Below are positions 53,075 through 61,880 of a DNA stretch of 64,000 nt, piece after piece. Location of the stretch: positions 1 to 64,000 of the forward strand of contig JBFGJG010000001.1 in NCBI GenBank assembly GCA_041577295.1, in the 5' to 3' direction. Under the pieces are notes generated by a model, which did no database searches, had not been told where the DNA came from, and saw only the letters and a program-made list of their open reading frames with translations. The translations under genes and the position numbers were made by a program. The DNA comes from Gemmatimonadales bacterium. Lineage in GTDB: Bacteria; Gemmatimonadota; Gemmatimonadetes; Gemmatimonadales; GWC2-71-9. Each line of letters begins with the position of its first letter. The first letter of the stretch is position 1.

Positions 53075-54450
53075 GCTGCGGGTGTGGTCTCGGGCTCTCG
53101 TCCCCCCGCCTCCTCGTCGCGGTTCTTTTTGGTCGCCCCCGCGGCCTCGGCGTCTGTGTTCTCCTCCGTGAGTTCTGACAAGAAGGCCATGAGCTCATCC
53201 GCCTGCTCGGGCTTGATATCCTGGATCTTGAGCACATCCTCCCGCTCGAGGTCCAGAATGTCACGCAAGGTCTTGAACCCCACCTTCTCGAGGGTTTCGA
53301 CCAACTCCGGAGAAATCCCTTTGAGCTCATCGAGCCGCACGTCGGCAACGAGCTCATCCTCTGGTGGTAGCGGGGCGAACAACGGTCCTTCCCCACCGCG
53401 CTCCAGCCACTCGCGGCTCGAGTAGAGATCGATTTTCCAACCCGTTAACTCCGACGCAAGCCGAACGTTCTGTCCGTTGCGCCCGATGGCCAGCGACAAC
53501 TGGTCCTCGTCGACAATTGCTTGAATGGTGCGAGACTCCCCATCTGAGAAGACGCGGGCAACACGAGCCGGTGCGAGCGCCAACTTGGCAAACCGCTCGG
53601 GGTCCGGCGACCAGGGCACGATATCGATGCGCTCGCCCCCCAGCTCATTCACCACGGCCTGGACTCGACTCCCTTTCAGTCCGACGCAAGCACCCACTGG
53701 GTCGATCGAGTCATCGCGACTGCTGACGGCGATCTTGGTGCGACTGCCCACCTCGCGCGCCGCAGCCCGGATTTCGACGAGCCCTTGTTGCACCTCCGGT
53801 ACTTCGAGCTTGAAGAGGGCCTGCACAAACGTCGGGTCGCCGCGCGAAAGGATGAGCCGCGGACCTTTGGGCGTCTCCTCCAGCCGCTTGAGCACCGCCC
53901 GGATGCCGTCCCCTTGATGAAAGTGCTCCCGCGGATTCTGCTCGCGGTAGGGGATAATGGCCTCCGCCTCGCGAAAACGGTTGAGCATCACGACGAGACG
54001 ACCCCGTTCGATCTGCTGGACCTCGCCGTTTATCAACTCGCCGACCTTGGGGCCAAACTCATCCCGGATTCTCGCGCGCTCCCCCTCGCGGACCCGCTGG
54101 ATGATCCGCTGCTTCGCAGCCTGGACGGCAAGCCGACCGAAAGCTTCGAACGGAACCTCTTCCTCGAGCACGTCTCCCGGCTGGAACTCCGAATCCTCCC
54201 AGCGCGCTTCCTCCAATGCGATCTGGCAGCTCGGGTCCTCGACCTCTTGGACGACCGTTCGCAACACAGTGGTGTCGATCGTCCCTTTGAGATCATCGAT
54301 CTCGATTTCAGCACGAACGTTGGGGCCGAACCGCTTGACGAGCGCGGCGTGAATGCCGTCACGCAACAGATCGTGCAGCTCCTCACGATCGAGCTGTTTA
54401 ACGGACGCCAGTTCGCGGAGCGCCGCTATGACCTCGGCGGAACTCGTCAT
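53071..54450 (-). CDS. nusA: Transcription termination/antitermination factor NusA
   Basis: FGRLAVQAAKQ.I.Q, LFKLEVPE, REVGSRTKIAV, DPVGACVGLKGSRVQ, LAIGRNGQNVRLASELTGWKID. Confidence 0.98.
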   Translation of the reverse strand: MTSSAEVIAALRELASVKQLDREELHDLLRDGIHAALVKRFGPNVRAEIEIDDLKGTIDTTVLRTVVQEVEDPSCQIALEEARWEDSEFQPGDVLEEEVPFEAFGRLAVQAAKQRIIQRVREGERARIRDEFGPKVGELINGEVQQIERGRLVVMLNRFREAEAIIPYREQNPREHFHQGDGIRAVLKRLEETPKGPRLILSRGDPTFVQALFKLEVPEVQQGLVEIRAAAREVGSRTKIAVSSRDDSIDPVGACVGLKGSRVQAVVNELGGERIDIVPWSPDPERFAKLALAPARVARVFSDGESRTIQAIVDEDQLSLAIGRNGQNVRLASELTGWKIDLYSSREWLERGGEGPLFAPLPPEDELVADVRLDELKGISPELVETLEKVGFKTLRDILDLEREDVLKIQDIKPEQADELMAFLSELTEENTDAEAAGATKKNRDEEAGGREPETTPAA

Positions 54451-54983
54451 GATTTCTCCTTCACACGTCGGCCGTCAGCTGTATCGGCTGACGACCAGTC
54501 AATGGCCGACCAGTCCACCACCAGGGTCGCATCTCTTGCGTCTTCGAGCGGAACCGTGATCTCGCCGGTCCCATTCTCGGGTCGTAACACAATTTCATCC
54601 ATCTCGTTCACGCGGCGCACCGCCACGATCCGGGCGCGGAGCCGTCCCCTGCCCGGGAGCCGCACGTTGACGTCCCGTCCAGTAAACCGCTCCCAATGCT
54701 CGCGCCAGCGAACGGGGCGCTCGATTCCAGGAGAGGAAACCTCCAGGACGTAGCGCAGCCCGAGGACCTGCGATTCATCCAACCATGACTCGAGCGCTCG
54801 GCTGACGGCAGCACACTCATCGACCGTAATCCCGTGCCCCGGGCTGGCCTCTGGCCGGTCCACGCGGATCTGGAGTGCCACGCGGTTGCGCATGGCGCGA
54901 CGGCGCAGATCGACCAACTCATATCCCAGGGCGGCGACCCGTCGCTGGATCTCCGCCGTCATTTCCTGTGGAGATAGCTCCAT
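54447..54983 (-). CDS. rimP: Ribosome maturation factor RimP
   Basis: GYELVD, GITVDECAAVSR.L...LD, YVLEVSSPGIERP. Confidence 0.95.
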   Translation of the reverse strand: MELSPQEMTAEIQRRVAALGYELVDLRRRAMRNRVALQIRVDRPEASPGHGITVDECAAVSRALESWLDESQVLGLRYVLEVSSPGIERPVRWREHWERFTGRDVNVRLPGRGRLRARIVAVRRVNEMDEIVLRPENGTGEITVPLEDARDATLVVDWSAIDWSSADTADGRRVKEKS

Positions 54984-54990
54984 GGGCTCC

Positions 54991-55020
54991 AAAAAAAACG
55001 CGGGCCCGACGACCCGCTCC
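54991..55020 (-). promoter_or_regulatory. rimP-leader terminator/attenuator hairpin
   Basis: Minus strand GGAGCGGGTCGTCGGGCCCGCG followed by T8, immediately upstream of the rimP RBS. Confidence 0.7.
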
Positions 55021-55058
55021 GCACGCATCCGTAAAGTAACCGCCCGCCTAGGACATGT

Positions 55059-55823
55059 TCAAGCGGCCGGGCGACCCAAGAAAGCGAGCATTCGACCGGC
55101 TCGCGTCCCCCAGCGGCGATGCGAGTGAAACAGCTCGTGATCGTGTGCCGTGCACCACGCGCTAACCGTCACCCGCCCGACCCCCATGCTCTCCGCCCGT
55201 CGTGCCAAGTCCCGGCGCAAGTCCAATCGCGCCGGGCCTTCGGTCTGCAGTCCTGTTACCGCCGTGAAGACGTCAGAACCAACGCTGTAACATACACCAC
55301 AAATGCCAACTCCACAATGGATTACGAGATCAACCGGATTGGCCTCAGCCGTACGGCACACTCGCTCGACCCCAGCCTCGAGGATCCCAGCGGCCGTTCC
55401 CCGCCAACCCGCGTGGAGTAGACCCAAGGTCATGCTCTGCGGGTGGACCACGTATACCGGCACGCAATCGGCCACGGTGATCGCCAGCAGCAATCCTTCC
55501 GCACCCGTCACGTGCCCATCCGTTCCGGTCGCGATGCCCACTCCAGGGTAGGCGGAATCGTATTCCTGAATGGTGATGCCATGAACTTGATTGCTCGCGG
55601 CAACCCCGCTGAACCCAGAGGCCATGACGGCGCCGAACCGTTGCCACGCGGGTCGAGACTGCGTGGTGTGTCCAGCACTTCCGTCCAGGCGAAAGTCCAG
55701 CTCCCGACCGGTGATCCCCGCGACGAGACCGAACTCCTCGCGCCACTCCTCCATTTCGAAGCGCGGGACGCGTTGATCTGGAATCGGGTATTCAGCGAGA
55801 GCAGCGGAGCTCGCGGGCGTCAT
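55059..55823 (-). CDS. pgeF: YfiH/PgeF (laccase-domain) family protein
   Basis: NQVHG, DGHVT, TVADCVPV, LHAGWRG, ICGVCY, CTAH...FHSHRR...GRM. Confidence 0.88.
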   Translation of the reverse strand: MTPASSAALAEYPIPDQRVPRFEMEEWREEFGLVAGITGRELDFRLDGSAGHTTQSRPAWQRFGAVMASGFSGVAASNQVHGITIQEYDSAYPGVGIATGTDGHVTGAEGLLLAITVADCVPVYVVHPQSMTLGLLHAGWRGTAAGILEAGVERVCRTAEANPVDLVIHCGVGICGVCYSVGSDVFTAVTGLQTEGPARLDLRRDLARRAESMGVGRVTVSAWCTAHDHELFHSHRRWGTRAGRMLAFLGRPAA

Positions 55824-57112
55824 CGACGACCGACCTCCACCCGCTCGATCTTCGCTCCGAGCGCCTGCAGCCGTACGTCGATTTCCTCGTATCCGCGATC
55901 GATCTGGCCGATGTTGTGGATGGTGCTCTGTCCATCGGCGGCCAGCGCCGCGAGCAGCATCGCCATACCGGCGCGAATGTCTGGGCTTTCGACGACACCA
56001 CCTCGGAGCGGTGACGGACCGGAGACGACCACACGGTGCGGATCACAGAGGATCAAGCGGGCGCCGAGGCCCACGAGCTTGTCGACGAAGAACAAGCGGG
56101 ACTCGAACATCTTTTCGAAGATGAGGACCTGGCCGTCACACTGCGTCGCTACGACCACCGCGATCGACGTGAGATCCGCGGGAAACGCAGGCCACGGTCC
56201 GTCTTCGATCTTGGGAATGTGCCCGCCCAGGTCCGGTTGGATGCGGCGCTCCTGATGCGGGTCCACGATGAGCCGGTCGCCATCGAAGCGCGGCCGGACG
56301 CCGAGCCGATCGAAGTTGAGCAAGATGCTGCGCAGGTCGGACGGGCGCGCGTTCTCGATTACGAGCTGACCGTCCGTCACCGCTGCCAGCCCAATGAAGC
56401 TGCCGATCTCGACGTGATCGGGTCCCACTTCCAGTCGGGCGCCGGTCAGGGGCACGCCGCCCTCAATCGTGAGGACGTTGCTGCCGATTCCTTCGATACG
56501 CGCACCCATCTCCTGGAGCGCGCGCGCGAGGTCCTGGACGTGCGGTTCCGACGCGGCGTTCCGAAGCACCGTGCGCCCCTTCGCAGCGGTGGCGGCCATC
56601 AACGCATTCTCCGTCGCAGTCACGCTTGGCTCGTCGAGGAAAATCTCGGATCCGTGGAGTGAGCGCGTCTCCAGGTGGTAGTCTGCGCCGATCGTCACCT
56701 CCGCACCAAGCTTCTCCAAGGCGAGGAAGTGGCTGTCGAGTCGGCGGCGTCCGATGACGTCGCCACCCGGCGGCGGCATCGCGACCTGGCCAAACCGCGC
56801 GAGCAGTGGGCCCGCCAGGAGGATCGAGGCGCGGAGCCGGGCGCAGAGGTCCGCATTCAGACGGCGCGACACCATTCCGGATGGGTCGACACGAACAGTG
56901 CGTGGAGCCGACCACTCGATCTCGACGCCGAGTTCCTCGAGGATCGCAATCAGAGCGGCGACGTCGCCAATGCGCGGCACATTCACGATCTCGCTCGGGC
57001 CGTCGGCGAGGAGCGCGGCCGCCAAGATCGGCAGCGCCGCATTCTTGTTCCCCGCGGGGCGGACGGTGCCTGTCAGCGGTGTGCCACCGGTGACCCGGAA
57101 ACATTGGGGCAT
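55820..57112 (-). CDS. murA: UDP-N-acetylglucosamine 1-carboxyvinyltransferase
   Basis: GNKNAALPILAA, RLRASILLAGPLLAR, PGGDVIGRR, SVTATEN, NAASEPHV, PWPAFPADL, SPDIRAG, IDRGYE. Confidence 0.96.
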   Translation of the reverse strand: MPQCFRVTGGTPLTGTVRPAGNKNAALPILAAALLADGPSEIVNVPRIGDVAALIAILEELGVEIEWSAPRTVRVDPSGMVSRRLNADLCARLRASILLAGPLLARFGQVAMPPPGGDVIGRRRLDSHFLALEKLGAEVTIGADYHLETRSLHGSEIFLDEPSVTATENALMAATAAKGRTVLRNAASEPHVQDLARALQEMGARIEGIGSNVLTIEGGVPLTGARLEVGPDHVEIGSFIGLAAVTDGQLVIENARPSDLRSILLNFDRLGVRPRFDGDRLIVDPHQERRIQPDLGGHIPKIEDGPWPAFPADLTSIAVVVATQCDGQVLIFEKMFESRLFFVDKLVGLGARLILCDPHRVVVSGPSPLRGGVVESPDIRAGMAMLLAALAADGQSTIHNIGQIDRGYEEIDVRLQALGAKIERVEVGRR

Positions 57113-57159
57113 GGTGGGGCAACCATAACGGCAGCCCAACCAGCGGCGCAAGCGACGGC

Positions 57160-57188
57160 TTGACACCCTCACAGGGGTCACGAATCTT
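57160..57188 (+). promoter_or_regulatory. Putative sigma70 promoter
   Basis: TTGACA-17 bp-AATCTT upstream of the structured RNA candidate. Confidence 0.45.
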
Positions 57189-57194
57189 CCAACT

Positions 57195-57345
57195 CCTTGC
57201 AACGCTTGGCACTCGGCGGTTCAAGGGTTCTGAGGCCGCCTGTGCGCATCCCACACCGGTGCTGGCCTGGCACGGGGTGATCGGCTAACGTTGCTGGGCG
57301 ATGACAGGCGGCTACACAGCGTTCACCCGTGGGAGAGTGCCATCG
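57195..57345 (+). ncRNA. Rod-shaped structured RNA candidate with central bubble (6S RNA-like)
   Basis: TGGCACTC/GAGTGCCA closing stem, roughly 12-nt symmetric bubble, GGCCGCCTGT/ACAGGCGGCT inner stem, CATCCCA/TGGG.ATG and CACC.GTGC/GCAC..GGTG apical stems. Confidence 0.45.
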
Positions 57346-57373
57346 TGACCAGCACATTCTGGAGGAGCACAGC

Positions 57374-57823
57374 ATGACGACGTGGGTGGCGGTTGCGGCC
57401 GTATCGCTGGCCATCATGGCGTTCGTTTTCGTCATCTCCGCGGTTGCGTGGCTCATCTGGTTCGCCCGATTGCAAAAGCATATGTGGGGCCGTCTCGAAG
57501 ACATGGTCGACTGGATGGACCAGGAGGCCCGTCCCACGATCGAGCTTGCGCGCACGGTTCTCGAGGACACGGCCAAGATCACGGCCGTCGTCAAACACGA
57601 GACCGGAGAGTTCGCGACGACGGCGGATTCGATTCGCTCGGGTCTGTTACGGGTGCGCGATGCGGCCGAAGAGCGTCTTCAGGACTTAGACACGTTACTC
57701 GAAGTCGTTCAGGACGAGGTGGAGGACACAGTCTTGGACGTTACCTCCGCGCTCCGTACGACACGCCGAGGTGCAAAGGTCTTCAAGCGGATGCGGCGGG
57801 CGTTTCTCGGTCGAGGGCGCTAG
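57374..57823 (+). CDS. Hypothetical membrane-anchored helical protein (DUF948-like)
   Basis: RBS GGAGGAG; N-terminal TM helix followed by an amphipathic coiled-coil. Confidence 0.75.
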   Translation: MTTWVAVAAVSLAIMAFVFVISAVAWLIWFARLQKHMWGRLEDMVDWMDQEARPTIELARTVLEDTAKITAVVKHETGEFATTADSIRSGLLRVRDAAEERLQDLDTLLEVVQDEVEDTVLDVTSALRTTRRGAKVFKRMRRAFLGRGR

Positions 57824-57829
57824 CCCCAG

Positions 57830-58771
57830 GTGATCGGCCGGTTCGTCACTGCCCTGGCGCTCGCGCTGGTCGGGGTCGTTGTGTTTCCCGATGTCGCCGA
57901 AGCCTGGACTCCTGGCACGCATATCTTCCTCGGAGAGGCGGTGCTGGCGAGCCTGAATCAGTTGCCGCTCCACGTCGCCGACCTGCTCCGAGCGTTCCCC
58001 TACGATTTTCTCTACGGTAACATCGCTGCCGATACCTCCATGGCCAAGAAGTACGCGCCCGTCGGTCGGCACTGTCACTCGTGGCATGTGGGGCAACAGA
58101 TCTTCGAGACCGCAGAAACGGAGGCGTTACGCGCGTTTGGTCTGGGATACCTCGCCCATCTCGCGGCCGACACGGTCGCGCACAACTTCTTCGTCCCACG
58201 ACAGTTGGTTGTGACGTCCACCACGATTGCCGTTGGCCATTCGTATTGGGAGAGCCGATTCGAAACGCACTTGGGTGATCAGTTTGCGCGCACCGCCATG
58301 GACGTGATCCGTTTCGATCACGGAAGTGCTGACGCGCATCTCGATCGGATTCTGGCGCCGACGATTTTCTCCGTGCGAACCAGTCGGCGGCTCTTCCGAG
58401 GAATGGTTGGGCTGACGGAAACCCAGAGCTGGCAGCGCGCGTTTCGTATCCTCGCAGAAGCGAGTCGCTGGGATCTGACCGTCGATGCCGTCGAGCACCA
58501 CATGGGAGCGGCATTTCAGCTGGTCATGGAGCTGCTGAGCGAGGAGGATGGAGCCGCCCATCGCCTCGATCCCTCAGGGGAGGCCTCGCTCAAGCTGGCC
58601 AAACGGATGCGGCTCGATGTGATGAAGGCAAAGCTACCAGGCGACCGCGATCAGCTCGCTGAGCTCGCCGATGAGCACTTCGGCTTGCCGAAGTATGATC
58701 TGAGCTTCTGGGAGAGCTCCGACACGCACCGTCCGTGGGCGGGCGGGGAGACGGAAGAGACGGCCGACTAG
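57830..58771 (+). CDS. Zinc-dependent phospholipase C family protein
   Basis: Signal peptide ending AEA, then W-TPGTH; GNIAAD; GYLAHLAADTVAHN; HSYWE. Confidence 0.88.
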   Translation: MIGRFVTALALALVGVVVFPDVAEAWTPGTHIFLGEAVLASLNQLPLHVADLLRAFPYDFLYGNIAADTSMAKKYAPVGRHCHSWHVGQQIFETAETEALRAFGLGYLAHLAADTVAHNFFVPRQLVVTSTTIAVGHSYWESRFETHLGDQFARTAMDVIRFDHGSADAHLDRILAPTIFSVRTSRRLFRGMVGLTETQSWQRAFRILAEASRWDLTVDAVEHHMGAAFQLVMELLSEEDGAAHRLDPSGEASLKLAKRMRLDVMKAKLPGDRDQLAELADEHFGLPKYDLSFWESSDTHRPWAGGETEETAD

Positions 58772-58774
58772 GAC

Positions 58775-60187
58775 CTACCCCAAGCGGTCTCGCAGCACCT
58801 GTTGCACGACGTTGGGATCCGCCTTCCCACCCGACCTTTTCATGATCTCGCCCATGAAGAACCCAAACAGCCTTGCCTCGCCGGTCCGATAGCGCTCAGC
58901 CTCGTCCGGGTGCGCGCTCACCACATCATTTACCCACCCGATCACCGTCTCGCGATCACCGACCTGGACGAGTCCGAGTGCCCGCGCCGTTGCGAGCGGC
59001 TCCGCATCGTCCTCGGCGACAGCCCCAAAAACACGCTTGGCCGCCTGATTGCTGAGGGTTCCATCCGTCACGAGTGCGATGATCTCCACCATACGCGGTG
59101 CGGCGACTCGATAGGCGCCCCCGGACTGCTTGGCATCTGCGAGCAACGGACCCATGACCCAGTTGGCCGCCGTCTTGGGATCGGCGCCGCCCGCGACGAC
59201 CGCTTCGTAGTAGCCCGCGAGGGGCCGGGTGGCGGCGAGGACACCGGCCTCGTATGCGGACAGGCCATACGTCGCGCGGAATCGTTCCTGCTTGGCACTG
59301 GGAAGTTCCGGGAGCGTTTCCCGCTCGACTCGAGTCGTTATCCCGTAGCGCGCTAGGTCGAGGGGAGGAAGATCCGGGTCTGGGAAGTAGCGATAATCAT
59401 GACTCTCTTCCTTCGACCGCATGGGACGCAGGGTCCCGGCACCGGCGCTGTACGTGGTGAGGGTCACCGCTTCACCACGCTCTAGCGTCGCGATCTGGAG
59501 ATCCCGTAACTCGGCCAGCGCGCGCTCCACCGCCGCGAACGAGTTCATATTCTTGACTTCTTGCTTAGTCCCGAGTGGGGAGCCGCGCTGGCGCACAGAC
59601 AGGTTGGCGTCGACCCGAAGGCTGCCCTCCTCCATGTTGCAGTCGGATACCTCCACGTACTCGAGCACCTGTTTCAGTGTCGTCAATAACCGGCGCGCGT
59701 CCTCCGGGCTGCGAAGATCGGGCTCGGTCACGATCTCGATGAGCGGAACGCCAGTGCGATTGAAGTCGATCGCCGTGAGACCGGGGAACTGATCGTGGAG
59801 TGACTTCCCGGCATCCTCCTCCATGTGGAGGCGCGTGATGCCGATCTCCTGGGGAGCGTCGCCGTCCAGTGCGACGCGTCCTTTGGTCGCGAGCGGGCGG
59901 TCGAACTGCGAGATCTGGTAGCCCTTGGGGAGATCCGGGTAAAAGTAGTTCTTGCGGGCAAAGACGCTCACCTCGTGCACGGTGCAAGCGAGGGCGATGG
60001 CTGCGCGGACGGCGAGGCGAACGGCGTCGGCATTGGGGACCGGCAGCGCGCCGGGAAGCCCTAGACACACGGGGCAGACGTTGGTGTTGGGTGGATCGCC
60101 AAAACGGGTCGAGCACCCGCAGAATAGTTTGGAACGCGTAGCGAGCTGGACGTGCACCTCGAGCCCGATCACCGTCTCCCAACTCAT
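58775..60187 (-). CDS. gatB: Asp-tRNA(Asn)/Glu-tRNA(Gln) amidotransferase subunit B
   Basis: ETVIGLEVHVQL, RKNYFYPDLPKGYQISQ, HMEEDAGKS, RSKEESHDYRYFPDPDL. Confidence 0.98.
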   Translation of the reverse strand: MSWETVIGLEVHVQLATRSKLFCGCSTRFGDPPNTNVCPVCLGLPGALPVPNADAVRLAVRAAIALACTVHEVSVFARKNYFYPDLPKGYQISQFDRPLATKGRVALDGDAPQEIGITRLHMEEDAGKSLHDQFPGLTAIDFNRTGVPLIEIVTEPDLRSPEDARRLLTTLKQVLEYVEVSDCNMEEGSLRVDANLSVRQRGSPLGTKQEVKNMNSFAAVERALAELRDLQIATLERGEAVTLTTYSAGAGTLRPMRSKEESHDYRYFPDPDLPPLDLARYGITTRVERETLPELPSAKQERFRATYGLSAYEAGVLAATRPLAGYYEAVVAGGADPKTAANWVMGPLLADAKQSGGAYRVAAPRMVEIIALVTDGTLSNQAAKRVFGAVAEDDAEPLATARALGLVQVGDRETVIGWVNDVVSAHPDEAERYRTGEARLFGFFMGEIMKRSGGKADPNVVQQVLRDRLG

Positions 60188-61572
60188 GCGTGCTCCTGGC
60201 TCGGGTCGATGAGGGTCTCGAGGCAGCTTGCCGCTCCCAGCATCTGGGACTCGGCGAACATCGGGGCAATGAGCTGTCCGCCGACGGGGAGGCCCTTGGA
60301 CCGGCCTAGCGGTACACTCACAGCCGGGAGGCCCGCGAGATTCGTCGGGCAGACGAAGACATCGGACAGATACATCGCCAGCGGATCGGCGAGCTTCTCC
60401 CCAGCCGGAAAGGCGGTGGTCGGGGTTGTGGGGGCGAAGAGGAGATCGACGCCGTCGGCAAACACCCGGCTGAAGTCGGCGGCGATCAAAGTGCGTGCAG
60501 CCTGGGCCTTCCCGTAGTAGGCATGGTAGTATCCGGCAGACAGGACGTAGGTACCGATGACGATGCGCCGGCGCACCTCCTCACCAACGCCGGCACCGCG
60601 CGTCGCCCGGTACATCGCGTGGACGTCCCCGTTGGGCGGTGCCACGCGAAGTCCGTATCGGACGCCGTCGAACCGTGCGAGGTTCGAGCTGGCTTCCGCC
60701 GGCGCGATGATGTAATACGTGGGAATGGCGAGGTGGGTGTGGGGTAACGTGACCTCGCGCACTGTTGCCCCGGCGCCCCGCATCTGGTCGAGTGCGTACG
60801 TGCACGCTCGCCGGATGCCCGCCTCGAGATTTTCGGGGAAGTACTCTCGCGGAACACCAACGGTCACCCCCGACAAATCGTTTGGGACACGTGCAGCCTC
60901 GACGGCCGCGCGATTTGCACACGTGGCGTCTTGTTTGTCCGGACCCGCAATGGTGGTGAGGACGCGAGTCGCGTGCTCAACGGAGCGTGCGAGTACTCCG
61001 ATCTGATCGAGCGAGCTGCCAAACGCCACGAGGCCGTAGCGAGACACCCGGCCATACGTGGGCTTGATGCCGACGACGCCGCAGAACGCGGCCGGCTGAC
61101 GCACCGATCCACCGGTTTCCGAGCCGAGGGCTGCATCTACCGCACCAGTCGCAACGAGGGCAGCCGAGCCACCCGACGATCCACCGGGCACGCGCGAGGC
61201 ATCTTCTGGGTGACGGGTTGGTCCAAACGCAGAGTGCTCGGTGGACGAGCCCATGGCGAACTCATCCAGATTGGTCTTGCACGCAATGAGCGCACCGGCC
61301 TGTTTCAGACGTGTGACCGCGGTCGCCTCCCACGAAGAGCGGTACTCGCGCAGAATGTTCGACCCGCACGTCGTCGGATATTCGAGCGTGCAGATGTTGT
61401 CCTTGACCGCCACGGTCATTCCGTAGAGCGCACCCGTCCCGCTGCGTCGGTCGAGTAACCGCGCCTGATCCACGAGCGTGTCCCGATCGAACGAGACCAC
61501 CGCGTTCAGCCCACGTTGCTCGCCGGCGGTGATGAGGTCGGCCGCTCGTTCGGCCGCGGCGATGACGCTCAC
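60184..61572 (-). CDS. gatA: Amidotransferase subunit A
   Basis: KDNI, KTNLDEFAMGSSTE, PGGSSGGSA, GSETGGSVRQPA, AEASSNLARFDGVRYG, GTYVLSAGYY. Confidence 0.98.
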   Translation of the reverse strand: MSVIAAAERAADLITAGEQRGLNAVVSFDRDTLVDQARLLDRRSGTGALYGMTVAVKDNICTLEYPTTCGSNILREYRSSWEATAVTRLKQAGALIACKTNLDEFAMGSSTEHSAFGPTRHPEDASRVPGGSSGGSAALVATGAVDAALGSETGGSVRQPAAFCGVVGIKPTYGRVSRYGLVAFGSSLDQIGVLARSVEHATRVLTTIAGPDKQDATCANRAAVEAARVPNDLSGVTVGVPREYFPENLEAGIRRACTYALDQMRGAGATVREVTLPHTHLAIPTYYIIAPAEASSNLARFDGVRYGLRVAPPNGDVHAMYRATRGAGVGEEVRRRIVIGTYVLSAGYYHAYYGKAQAARTLIAADFSRVFADGVDLLFAPTTPTTAFPAGEKLADPLAMYLSDVFVCPTNLAGLPAVSVPLGRSKGLPVGGQLIAPMFAESQMLGAASCLETLIDPSQEHA

Positions 61573-61880
61573 TCCTGATCCATCGCCTCGAGTCGCGGAA
61601 CGACGTAGTACCCATCGCGCACGGCAGGAGCGCCGTCCCGCGGGTCGTGTGCGAGCTCCGGCGGTTGCACGACATCTGATCGTGGGGGTGCGAGGCTGGC
61701 CTCATCGAGCCAGACAGGCATCTGGCCACCGGTCTCCGGGAGGTCCACCGCCGCCAGCTGGGACACGTGGTCGAGAATGCGGGCAATTTGGGCTGTGAGC
61801 GAAGGAAGTGCGGCGGGATCGACGTCGAGCCGGGCCAGTCTCGCTATCCGCTCAATCTCATCGCGGCTGATGGGTTTCAC
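61569..61880 (-). CDS. gatC: Amidotransferase subunit C
   Basis: IERIARLARL, ILDHVSQL..VD, AP..DGYYVVPR; overlaps the gatA start. Confidence 0.92.
   Translation of the reverse strand: MKPISRDEIERIARLARLDVDPAALPSLTAQIARILDHVSQLAAVDLPETGGQMPVWLDEASLAPPRSDVVQPPELAHDPRDGAPAVRDGYYVVPRLEAMDQE

Noticed and set aside
57206..57343. CIRCE (HrcA) operator suggested by TTGGCACTC ... GAGTGCCA
   Set aside because: The half-sites are ~120 bp apart rather than 9 bp; better explained as the closing stem of an RNA
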